The notes beneath the pieces are model-generated. The model made no database searches. It saw only the letters and a list, made by a program, of their open reading frames with translations, and was not told the origin of the DNA. Position numbers and translations under genes: made by a program. DNA of 64,000 nt from a virus: positions 39,403-103,402 of the IMG/VR virus record IMGVR_UViG_3300033489_000004. One strand, given 5' to 3'. Below are positions 49,342-57,792 of the stretch, one piece after another. Numbering within the stretch: position 1 is the stretch's first letter; each line of letters opens with the position of its first letter.

Positions 49342-49911
49342 TTAATTATCAAATCCTCCACAACACGTGCAAACTTTATGGCCTATTGGGTGGGTTCGAC
49401 TCCAAAGTTCTAAGTTTTCTATTCTATTATCACTTCGTTTTTGGTTTTTGTGATGGACCACATATTTTGGTCTAAGATATCGCTGACCAGCTATTTCTAT
49501 TAGAGCGGGGTGCCTAGGGTTTGTTTTTCTTAACTGCGCCTCCATTACTAATCTATGCTCAAATACGTAGCTAACCTTACGATTTTTATTTTTGCCATAG
49601 GGATGACCCTGTGTGTATACAACAGTATATCCTTGGTTTGTTGTTTTACCGCCTTTCCAGCGGGGACTATTTTCTCCGCCCTTCTTTTTAAAGTTACTGG
49701 AACATTTATAACATCTAATAGATCTATCGTCAATTATTATATTACAATCAATACACTTATTCTGCCCCAAGCGATGTTTATTCTTATCATACTGCTTCTT
49801 TTGTTTTAAAATTTTTTCTCTATTACATTGGTAATATTTATGAGAAGATTTATTGCAAGATTCTTTATGCTCTTGATAATATTTTTTCCAATAATCTTTT
49901 TCTAAACTCAT
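49342..49911 (-). CDS. HNH homing endonuclease
   Basis: WKGG, EHRLVME, HPALIEIAG, VHHKN..RSDNRIENLEL. Confidence 0.85.
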   Translation of the reverse strand: MSLEKDYWKKYYQEHKESCNKSSHKYYQCNREKILKQKKQYDKNKHRLGQNKCIDCNIIIDDRSIRCYKCSSNFKKKGGENSPRWKGGKTTNQGYTVVYTQGHPYGKNKNRKVSYVFEHRLVMEAQLRKTNPRHPALIEIAGQRYLRPKYVVHHKNQKRSDNRIENLELWSRTHPIGHKVCTCCGGFDN

Positions 49912-50597
49912 CCGTATATCAATTCCTCTAAACTTTGAGCGTCTTGTTCCAATAGATTATGGTACTCTTTAAGATATTCCAATGTTATGACCCCATTCCA
50001 ATTAAATTTATGTAATATCTTTATTACTTTTTTAAAGTCTATTCTACCGTTTTCTATAAAACAAGGTAAATGCTGCTTATTTCCAACTGTATTGCTAAAG
50101 TGAAATACTGAAATAATTGGTAGATAATAGTGAATATCCTCTTCATCTTCTCTAGTATGGCTAAAATCATAACATACTCTAAAACCATAGTACCGATTTA
50201 ACCAATCAAAATTTCCCCAACACCCCCATCTTTTCTTGCTTCCAAAAGTCTCTATACATATGTTAAAATCCCCCAGAATCGACTTTATTAAGTCTAGACT
50301 ATGTAGAGTACTATCTGTATGTAATTTAGCAAATGAGGGGTGAATTACTATGTTATCCACTAACAATTCATTACCTAATTCTTTAAGCTTGTATAGAATA
50401 GATTCAAGTTGAGGGTCTGCTACTTTGAAGTGTGGAGCATGAATTGAAAAAACCTTTAGTTTTTCTTGCTTAATCTTCTGGATATACCCCCGATTTTTTG
50501 TGCTAAGAAACACCTGTGTATCAACAAAAGCGAGTTCAATTTTGAATCTGCAGAATTTTAAGTAGTTTGAATCCATCCTCACAGCAACTTCTAGCAT
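49908..50597 (-). CDS. xylose-isomerase-like TIM barrel
   Basis: SIHAP, IVIHP, IE, CYDFSH, FHFSN, HLP, LEY. Confidence 0.75.
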   Translation of the reverse strand: MLEVAVRMDSNYLKFCRFKIELAFVDTQVFLSTKNRGYIQKIKQEKLKVFSIHAPHFKVADPQLESILYKLKELGNELLVDNIVIHPSFAKLHTDSTLHSLDLIKSILGDFNICIETFGSKKRWGCWGNFDWLNRYYGFRVCYDFSHTREDEEDIHYYLPIISVFHFSNTVGNKQHLPCFIENGRIDFKKVIKILHKFNWNGVITLEYLKEYHNLLEQDAQSLEELIYG

Positions 50598-51229
50598 AAT
50601 TTTTTCTCCTTGTGTGGACATTCTCCATAGTGTCCTTTAGCCATATTACAGTTATAGCATAATATCTGAAACCCCTCTGGAAAATCATTTTTAATTAGCC
50701 AACCAATGATTTGTTGCCCGCCACCCACATTTGCTGTTTTCCTGTGCTCTGCACCATCGTTATTTATATGGTCTATTGTAAGAAACCTTATCTCTCGTTC
50801 TCCACAACAAGCGCACTTAGGAGGATTGCCACTATAATGATTAAAAACTCTCAATCTACGTTTTTGGCAATACTCCCTCATCTGCATATGATTTTCTTCC
50901 CAACGTCTTTTATTATAACCAAATATTTTTCTGTTCTCACTTATTTTTTCCTTATTCTTTTCTTGGTATTGTCGCTGTTTTTCTTTTAACTTTTCTTGAT
51001 TTTTTAAATAGTAATTCCTTTTTTGCTCTTGCAATCTAGTTTTATTCTCAAAATACCATTTACTTTTATATTGTTTTTCTTTTTCTGTTATTGGTTTGCC
51101 TTTCCTATTTTCATTAATCCTATCTTTATTTTCACTATAGTATTTTTGCTTGCACTTTCTTACATACTCCTTATTATTAAATCTCCATTCTTTCTGGTAT
51201 TCTTGTGAGGTTTTATTTTTATACACCAT
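50591..51229 (-). CDS. HNH/endonuclease VII-like homing endonuclease
   Basis: helical K/Y repeats then CACCGE..FLTIDH...Q.LC.NCN. Confidence 0.8.
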   Translation of the reverse strand: MVYKNKTSQEYQKEWRFNNKEYVRKCKQKYYSENKDRINENRKGKPITEKEKQYKSKWYFENKTRLQEQKRNYYLKNQEKLKEKQRQYQEKNKEKISENRKIFGYNKRRWEENHMQMREYCQKRRLRVFNHYSGNPPKCACCGEREIRFLTIDHINNDGAEHRKTANVGGGQQIIGWLIKNDFPEGFQILCYNCNMAKGHYGECPHKEKKLC

Positions 51230-51239
51230 ACTTCTATCA

Positions 51240-52007
51240 CTATTCCATCCTTGCTATGCCAGGTTCTTCTGGAAAATATTTTTTTAATATCCTCAAACTT
51301 TTAGTAAAGTATTCTGCTCTTCTTATCCTTGTAGCGTCTTTTGAAGAATCTAAACTTGCCTCATGGTGGTGTACTATTATGTGTGGTATGTACCAAGTAG
51401 AAAAACCTAATTCTTTTGCTTGCAAGCAATACATAAGATCCTCGCAGTAAAAACGCATCTCCTCACAAAAGCCTCCAACAGATTCAAAAACATCCCTTCT
51501 GGTGAAAATCGCTGATCCCCCAATATATTTAACTTTCTCTGGTTTACTATACTTTGCGTCCACATAATCCAATGACTTGTTCCATCCCCTTAGTGTGTTA
51601 TTAAAATCTACCCCACATCCTTTACTTCTACCTTTTTTATCTACAAGCTTATATCCCAATACTCCACAGGACTTATGCTTTTGCATAAAAGAAACAGAAG
51701 CCTTGTCATATGCTTCTGTCGTCTGAGTATCATTATTTAAAATTAATATATGGGGAAACCTACCTACGTTAACTCCTTGATTAACTGCCTTAGAATACCC
51801 AAGATTTTCCCTATTAAAAATGACTTCAACTTTAGGGGAGGCCAAATTTTTCAGATAATCTATCAATTCTTTGTTTTTTGAAGCATTGTCTACAATCGTG
51901 ATAGTATAGGGCAGGGTTGTGTTTTGTTTTATAGAAGCTACTAAATCTTTTAATTCATCTAATAGCTCATAGCTGATAATACAAATGTCAATTCCTATTT
52001 CTTTCAT
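51240..52007 (-). CDS. GT2 glycosyltransferase (rhamnosyltransferase-like)
   Basis: IVDNAS, N.GYS.A.NQG, LNND, GGF.E...YCED; start at MKEIGID. Confidence 0.85.
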   Translation of the reverse strand: MKEIGIDICIISYELLDELKDLVASIKQNTTLPYTITIVDNASKNKELIDYLKNLASPKVEVIFNRENLGYSKAVNQGVNVGRFPHILILNNDTQTTEAYDKASVSFMQKHKSCGVLGYKLVDKKGRSKGCGVDFNNTLRGWNKSLDYVDAKYSKPEKVKYIGGSAIFTRRDVFESVGGFCEEMRFYCEDLMYCLQAKELGFSTWYIPHIIVHHHEASLDSSKDATRIRRAEYFTKSLRILKKYFPEEPGIARME

Positions 52008-52096
52008 ACAAAAAATTCCCCGTTTCCTAATTAAGCTGAAGTCACCAAATAATGACAACTTCGTAACTCGCTCTACTCCTGATAGATGAGCTATAT

Positions 52097-52218
52097 TTGA
52101 GGCTGCCTGCTTTAGATAAATTCGGCAGGTTCACTCTGATTTTGGTGTTACCAACACCTACTAACAGAGCTACGAAGAGTGATAAATTCTTCTAGACCCT
52201 ATTTGGTCACAGCCTCAA
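52097..52218 (-). ncRNA. candidate structured RNA (multi-stem junction)
   Basis: closing stem TTGAGGCTG/CAGCCTCAA, three internal hairpins, own promoter TTGACA-N17-TAATAT at 52224-52252. Confidence 0.5.
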
Positions 52219-52273
52219 TTATTATATTACCACAGCACTTTTTATTTGTCAAGTATTTTTTATAAAAACTTTA

Positions 52274-52368
52274 GGAAGCTGGTAGGAATCGAACCTACTA
52301 AGACTGTATCAACTAGTTTACTCAGCCTACCACCTGTCGGCTCCATTTGCCGTTCGGATACAGCTTCC
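52274..52368 (-). tRNA. atypical tRNA-like RNA (8-bp acceptor, long extra arm, distorted anticodon arm)
   Basis: GGAAGCTG/CAGCTTCC, D arm TCCG/TGGA, T arm GTAGG-TTCGATT-CCTAC. Confidence 0.6.
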
Positions 52369-52410
52369 TAGTCACAGTTTAATCCTTGGGGACTTCCTAT
52401 GACTAATACT

Positions 52411-52439
52411 ATTATACCAAAAAACAAAATTACTGTCAA
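52411..52439 (-). promoter_or_regulatory. consensus sigma70 promoter for the tRNA-like RNA
   Basis: minus strand TTGACA-N17-TATAAT with TG. Confidence 0.75.
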
Positions 52440-52647
52440 GTATTTATTCCATCATATTTCATTCTTAATTCACACATGTCTTTTCTAAACTCCGTTAATC
52501 CCTTACAAATACCAAAATATTCGCAATTTCTACATGATTCACATATTCCTTCCTTATATGCTGATAACAAAAGATTGGACATATGTTTAATAAAATCAAA
52601 AATTAAATATATATCTATTGTTGTTAATATTAATGTTAATAATAGCA

Positions 52648-54183
52648 TTAATAATCTCCGATTCCTGAATTAATAGAAAAACCACTAGCTTCTCCCCCTG
52701 CTGGGGGTACATATTCAGTTATTTCAAATGTCACTGGAGTATTACAAGTCCCACCTGCTGGATTAGTAACAACCAAATCCCAAGTACCTGTCACTGTTCC
52801 TGTTAAATCAAAACTACAGGTAAGTTCTGTATCCGAGCTAACAACTATACTTGTTGCGTTAATATCCGACTCTCCTAGTTTTGTAAGTTTAACAGCGGCA
52901 CCATACCTAAAATCTGTCCCTGTTATTGTTACAGGCACATTTCCATTATTAGCCCCCGTCGCAGGATCAATACCTGATTGTACCGGTGCTGTTGTAATAG
53001 ACAACAAATCAAACATTAAATCATACTGTGCTCCGTTAAGTCTAGTCCAGAGTACCCCTAGATAGTCTACTAGTTCTCCACGCATTTCTAGCAATGGATA
53101 ATATTGTGTAGCTGAAGCATTATAAATAACTGTCTTAGATCCAAAAGAAGGAGTCCCTGCTACTGTACTTGCTTTATAAACCACATCATTATTTGAATTA
53201 TCAACATAAGCAATATATATATTACTATCTGATCCAAAACCAATTGAAGGTTCTTTAAGATTGCCCGTTGTGTCTAGTGCTGTTCCTGTAGCGTTATTCC
53301 ATGTAGTTGCTCCTGTAGAATAATTATAATGAATATCTAAATCTGTGCCTTCCCCCGCTACTATCCAAGCTCTATCATTGCTATCTATAGCTAGTTTAAC
53401 TTCCCCTGTAGGAATCGCATTATTTGGATTAATTACTGTATCTTCTCCCGCTGTTCCGTCCCGTTTTTTCCAATTACTTGCTGTATCCGCATCAGCAAAA
53501 GCACAAGACTTATAAAACACGTCTATAGATCTATAAACAGCATGTAATTTATCAGTACTATCTATAGCTATTCCAACATTAAATACCCCCGTAGCATTAA
53601 TAAAAACAGCTACAGCACTACCTAACCATCCTCCATTATAACGATTGTAGTAGCCTGTAAATACATTAGATGCATTATAGCCTGTAGTAATAAAAGCAGG
53701 TTTGCCATCGAAAGTTAGCACTATTGATGGATAGTACCCCATTTGAGTAGTTCCTGGTCCACTATTAGGTTGATCAAAACCTTGTGTAGATAGATCAGCT
53801 TTTTTCCAGCTATTCGAGTCATCTAAATTATCCAAGTCTACACAACAGGAATAAGCAACCGTCCAAGCAGATGTAGACCTATCCGACCAGACAACATGAA
53901 GCCGATCATTTGCATTATCTATTGCTAATGAAGGGCGTAACTGGCTATAATTACCTTGATTAAAAATAAAGCTTGCGCTATTTCCAGCTAAACCTACCGG
54001 AATACCCCAAGAAGTACCCAGAATATTTGAAGATTTAACCAGCCAAACTCGATTGTACGATCCATCATAGTCCATCCAAGCCAAATAAAAATATCCATAC
54101 TTATCCCTAATAACTTTTATCTGACTAACTTCTTGTGTTCCGCCCTCTGTCCCTATATTAGCATCAATTGTTTGTGCCGCCAT
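52648..54183 (-). CDS. beta-propeller (BNR-like) plus IPT/TIG virion or tail-associated protein
   Basis: repeated PSLAID..D.LH.V units; C-terminal I.P..G......VTITGT.F...GTWDLVVTNP. Confidence 0.65.
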   Translation of the reverse strand: MAAQTIDANIGTEGGTQEVSQIKVIRDKYGYFYLAWMDYDGSYNRVWLVKSSNILGTSWGIPVGLAGNSASFIFNQGNYSQLRPSLAIDNANDRLHVVWSDRSTSAWTVAYSCCVDLDNLDDSNSWKKADLSTQGFDQPNSGPGTTQMGYYPSIVLTFDGKPAFITTGYNASNVFTGYYNRYNGGWLGSAVAVFINATGVFNVGIAIDSTDKLHAVYRSIDVFYKSCAFADADTASNWKKRDGTAGEDTVINPNNAIPTGEVKLAIDSNDRAWIVAGEGTDLDIHYNYSTGATTWNNATGTALDTTGNLKEPSIGFGSDSNIYIAYVDNSNNDVVYKASTVAGTPSFGSKTVIYNASATQYYPLLEMRGELVDYLGVLWTRLNGAQYDLMFDLLSITTAPVQSGIDPATGANNGNVPVTITGTDFRYGAAVKLTKLGESDINATSIVVSSDTELTCSFDLTGTVTGTWDLVVTNPAGGTCNTPVTFEITEYVPPAGGEASGFSINSGIGDY

Positions 54184-54196
54184 TTTTATCTCCTAT

Positions 54197-55723
54197 TTAG
54201 CTAGTCAGCGATTGTTTCGTGCGTACCCAAACGCCCAGGTCAGCAGCAGTATGTGTATCATCTATTGTTTCTATTTCCGTTGTGAGAATATCGTTCTTAA
54301 TCAATGCTGTTGTAGTTGGTGTCGCTGACTCATCTGCATTTGTTCCGTTTGCAATAAGTGGTTTATCCCCATCTGATGTGAATATAGATACTCCATTTTT
54401 AAGCACATCTACCCTAACTCCAGAGCTTACCGGCGTCGCACCAGCTACTGGGGCTGTTTTAACTCTGGCATATACCTTGTCTATCGTTAAGTTTGTTGCT
54501 GGAAGTATCTCTATGTTGCACACTTTGATTGTTGGTGTAGCCAGTGAATCATCCCATAAACTTCCAGGTACAAAGAATACAGGGGAAGCCCATACTTTAT
54601 TTGTTCCTATAACAAAGGCAACCCACGAGGCACCGTTCCATAAGTATAAAATTTCGTCTTCATTATCCCAGTATGCCTGTGCTGTAGCGGGTGTTCCTGG
54701 TGCTGTTGATGCTCTATGAAAAACTAGATTTAACCCCTGATACTTTGCAAAATCTAGATTTGCATCCAATGGAGTTATGTGGCTTGTTGGTAAATGTCCT
54801 TGTACTTCTGAAGCTAAGTTTACTTTTGGAGGACTACCATATGTAGTATCTGCTCCTAATGGCATACCATACCCAGGGTCTTGATAAATATCCTCTTGAT
54901 TTAAGTCACCAACATCACTATCTTCTAGCAGAGAGTAAGACCCATAATTACCACTAATAGTTGTTCTATATATTCTATATCCAGTAGCCCCCGCCGGATA
55001 CCCTGAAAGAGTAATAGTTACTTTATTTTCACTATTAGTTGTATTAGCCGAAGGTAGTCCCTCTGTCACATTTGCATCCCCTGTATCATTATATGTTGGT
55101 GAAGCTACGACTTCTTGGTGTGTATAGTACCAATGACCACTGTCTTTTTTCCTATAGATATTCCAGTGGGTTGCCCCTGAAGGAGCTGACGGAAACGTAA
55201 TAGTAATCTTATTAGTAGAAGTCGTAGTTGGTACTACAATAGCTGCGGGGTCTCCAGAAAATGTCTCCCCATTACTTTTTACTGCACTTAAAGTATACAT
55301 ATAAAATCCGGCTGTTAAAGTTCCTCCTGTTGTAGTAGTTGCTAATGTTGGTTGTGTTGGTGTAGAAACTGGGTCCGGCATCTGTATAGTTTCTTCTGGA
55401 CTAGCTACTGTTTCTCCTGTAGCATCATAAAAAGAAACTCTATAACACATTAAAAGACCAGCGGGAATAGCTCCCCCGGAAGCTGCCTGCACTAACGATA
55501 TAGTTTCACTGGGAGTAGCTTCATTAAGAGGATTAGTTAATCTAGTATCCCCCGTATGCTGATGAGAATTAACCGCAACATTAAGTAGAGCATCTAAGAG
55601 TACTCTATCTCTATCTGTAAAAGCATAGTCATTTGTAGTTGGGGATTGTCCTCTTAATCTTTGAAAACCAAAGTAATCTGTAAGATAATCTCCAGAATCC
55701 CCCACCCATTCATTTTCTGGCAT
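54197..55723 (-). CDS. tail fibre / baseplate-associated structural protein
   Basis: Thr/Gly-rich GG.L..G.Y.Y...GET...GAT..NIYR repeats; position in the tail module. Confidence 0.65.
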   Translation of the reverse strand: MPENEWVGDSGDYLTDYFGFQRLRGQSPTTNDYAFTDRDRVLLDALLNVAVNSHQHTGDTRLTNPLNEATPSETISLVQAASGGAIPAGLLMCYRVSFYDATGETVASPEETIQMPDPVSTPTQPTLATTTTGGTLTAGFYMYTLSAVKSNGETFSGDPAAIVVPTTTSTNKITITFPSAPSGATHWNIYRKKDSGHWYYTHQEVVASPTYNDTGDANVTEGLPSANTTNSENKVTITLSGYPAGATGYRIYRTTISGNYGSYSLLEDSDVGDLNQEDIYQDPGYGMPLGADTTYGSPPKVNLASEVQGHLPTSHITPLDANLDFAKYQGLNLVFHRASTAPGTPATAQAYWDNEDEILYLWNGASWVAFVIGTNKVWASPVFFVPGSLWDDSLATPTIKVCNIEILPATNLTIDKVYARVKTAPVAGATPVSSGVRVDVLKNGVSIFTSDGDKPLIANGTNADESATPTTTALIKNDILTTEIETIDDTHTAADLGVWVRTKQSLTS

Positions 55724-55999
55724 CTAGTTCATCTCCTTTTTCTTAAAATAAAGTCTACCAAATTCTAACTACCTGCTTATCTACATCTAAAACCATTCTT
55801 CTAACTGCTCTCTGTTCTTTAATTATTTTGGTGACTGTTTCTCCAATAGACTCTGGAGAATGTAAGTCTCTTAGTGTTACTACTTTATCCTTAAGTACTA
55901 CATATTTACCTGTCTCATCCAATGGTGTATCTGATACTTCTCTCAAAACTTCTTTAACTATTCTCTTAATAAATCTTTTAATCATTATAATCTTCTCCT

Positions 56000-57190
56000 T
56001 TATCCTCTTATTCTTTTTACTGTCGGTCTATACCAAGATGTTTGTACTCCCTTATGGTGTTGTCCCTCATTTGCTACACTTGTTGTCCATCCCTTTAATT
56101 GAGCTGATCCTTCTACTGGAGGTTCTTGCCAAACACCAAACTTGGAAAAACGTACATTTAAATCGTATGCAACATTTTGTGGATCATCCCAAACCCCCGC
56201 TCCACCACTCGCCAATACGTTTGTAGAAACCCCACCTACTACCGGCCATCTTGCCCACATAAGACTAGGGTCTCCAGGATTACCCAATAGTTCAATAACT
56301 TCGGGTGATTGCCAACCTGCCCCAGTTCTTTCTATATAGTTTATATCTAAACTAGCATCCAAATAAATGCAAACAATTTTTCCATCCGCCGAACAAGATA
56401 TTGATGGTCGTGTACGCAAAGGAGTAATTTCAAAAATCCAGCTTACACCCGATTTATACCCGTAGTTATTTGCGCCCACGGCCACTTCCCATACAATATG
56501 AATAACATTACTCGCATCTACTGCTATGCTAGGAGTACCGACCGAAGAGCCGGAAGCAATTGTTTCATACGTACCCCAAACTCCAGTTGCCCCTGGTGAT
56601 CTTTTATTGTACCTTACGGTAGTACCCCCTGAAAGGGTTGTCCATATCGCATGTAACCAATTATTAGAATCTACGGCTATTACAGCATCATATGACCGTG
56701 AAATACCTCCTGAAACAGTTTGTACTGCTGTCCACGTACTCAATGCGCTCGACCACATTCTATGCTTTAGTGAGTAACTATTCCATTGACCTTGCGCGTA
56801 AACAACATGAACATTATCTTCAGAATCTACTGCAACACAGTTTATGTATATTCCACTAGCATCTAGCGTTAAAGAACTAATAAAGCCGACACCTGGTCTA
56901 TAACGCGTATAAAATACATCTCCGGTATCTGCTGCGTGATAATAGACTATATGTAAATCATCAGTACTATCTATTGCCATTGCTACTGCTGTAATCTGAT
57001 TCACACCTGCCTGACTAATCAATTCCGATACCCATGTTACTCCATCATCGTCAGAATGTGCTAAAAACGTGCTGGGATACGTGACTGCCTTATTCTGGTA
57101 ACAACACCACAGTATGCCCTGACTATCTCGGACTAAACACCGTTCGTTGACACTACCTGTATTTGCGACAGAATATACTGAATAAGGCAT
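56000..57190 (-). CDS. beta-propeller structural protein
   Basis: repeated AIDS.D.LH.VY / AVDS.N..H. Confidence 0.65.
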   Translation of the reverse strand: MPYSVYSVANTGSVNERCLVRDSQGILWCCYQNKAVTYPSTFLAHSDDDGVTWVSELISQAGVNQITAVAMAIDSTDDLHIVYYHAADTGDVFYTRYRPGVGFISSLTLDASGIYINCVAVDSEDNVHVVYAQGQWNSYSLKHRMWSSALSTWTAVQTVSGGISRSYDAVIAVDSNNWLHAIWTTLSGGTTVRYNKRSPGATGVWGTYETIASGSSVGTPSIAVDASNVIHIVWEVAVGANNYGYKSGVSWIFEITPLRTRPSISCSADGKIVCIYLDASLDINYIERTGAGWQSPEVIELLGNPGDPSLMWARWPVVGGVSTNVLASGGAGVWDDPQNVAYDLNVRFSKFGVWQEPPVEGSAQLKGWTTSVANEGQHHKGVQTSWYRPTVKRIRG

Positions 57191-57711
57191 CTAGTTCCAC
57201 GACCCATCTTGATCAAATATTAGATGACATTTCGCTTGAATTGAGTAATGTATATCAATGTCAAAATCCCCCGTAGCAGTCGTGCTAATCCTAAATTTAC
57301 AAGCCGAATATAGTCCCTTGCCGCCCATTTCAAAATCTGTTATTGATAGATCGGGCTCTTGCACAACTCCATTAATATATAATCTAGCATAAAGTGCCAT
57401 TAATCCCAGCCTTCCCCTTTTTCATACATTAAATGACATTTTCCCTGCATTCTATATGTAATATATATTTCAAAACTTCCGGATGCTTCTATAATTGCTC
57501 TTAATTGCACCGCTTCATAAAGACCTTTGGTATCCATTCTCCATCCAATAGGAGGAAGCTGTACTTTAGTTACTGTTCCCGTTTTTATCTCATAGCCAAA
57601 CACAATATTTGGTTTTTCCATAAAACGAATAAAACCAAATGGAAGAAGAGGAGTATCAGTAGAAGAATTCCCTGTTCCAGTAAATCTAAGGGAACCATAC
57701 ACTTCCCTCAC
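57191..57711 (-). CDS. two small related tail proteins (57191-57400, 57400-57711)
   Basis: shared M..KGLY.A...R......F.I.I.Y..Q.KCHL.....W. Confidence 0.6.
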
Positions 57712-57792
57712 CTGCTCTCTTAAATAACTTCTTTTGCTCTCTTCGGCTTTACGAAAGTCTAAAATTTCTGGTATATCTATTATAATCTCCTC

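Noticed and set aside
52274-52368. Calling this element tRNA-Sec (selC)
   Set aside because: It has no TCA anticodon and no 6-bp D stem; only the 8/5 stem lengths and overall size match.
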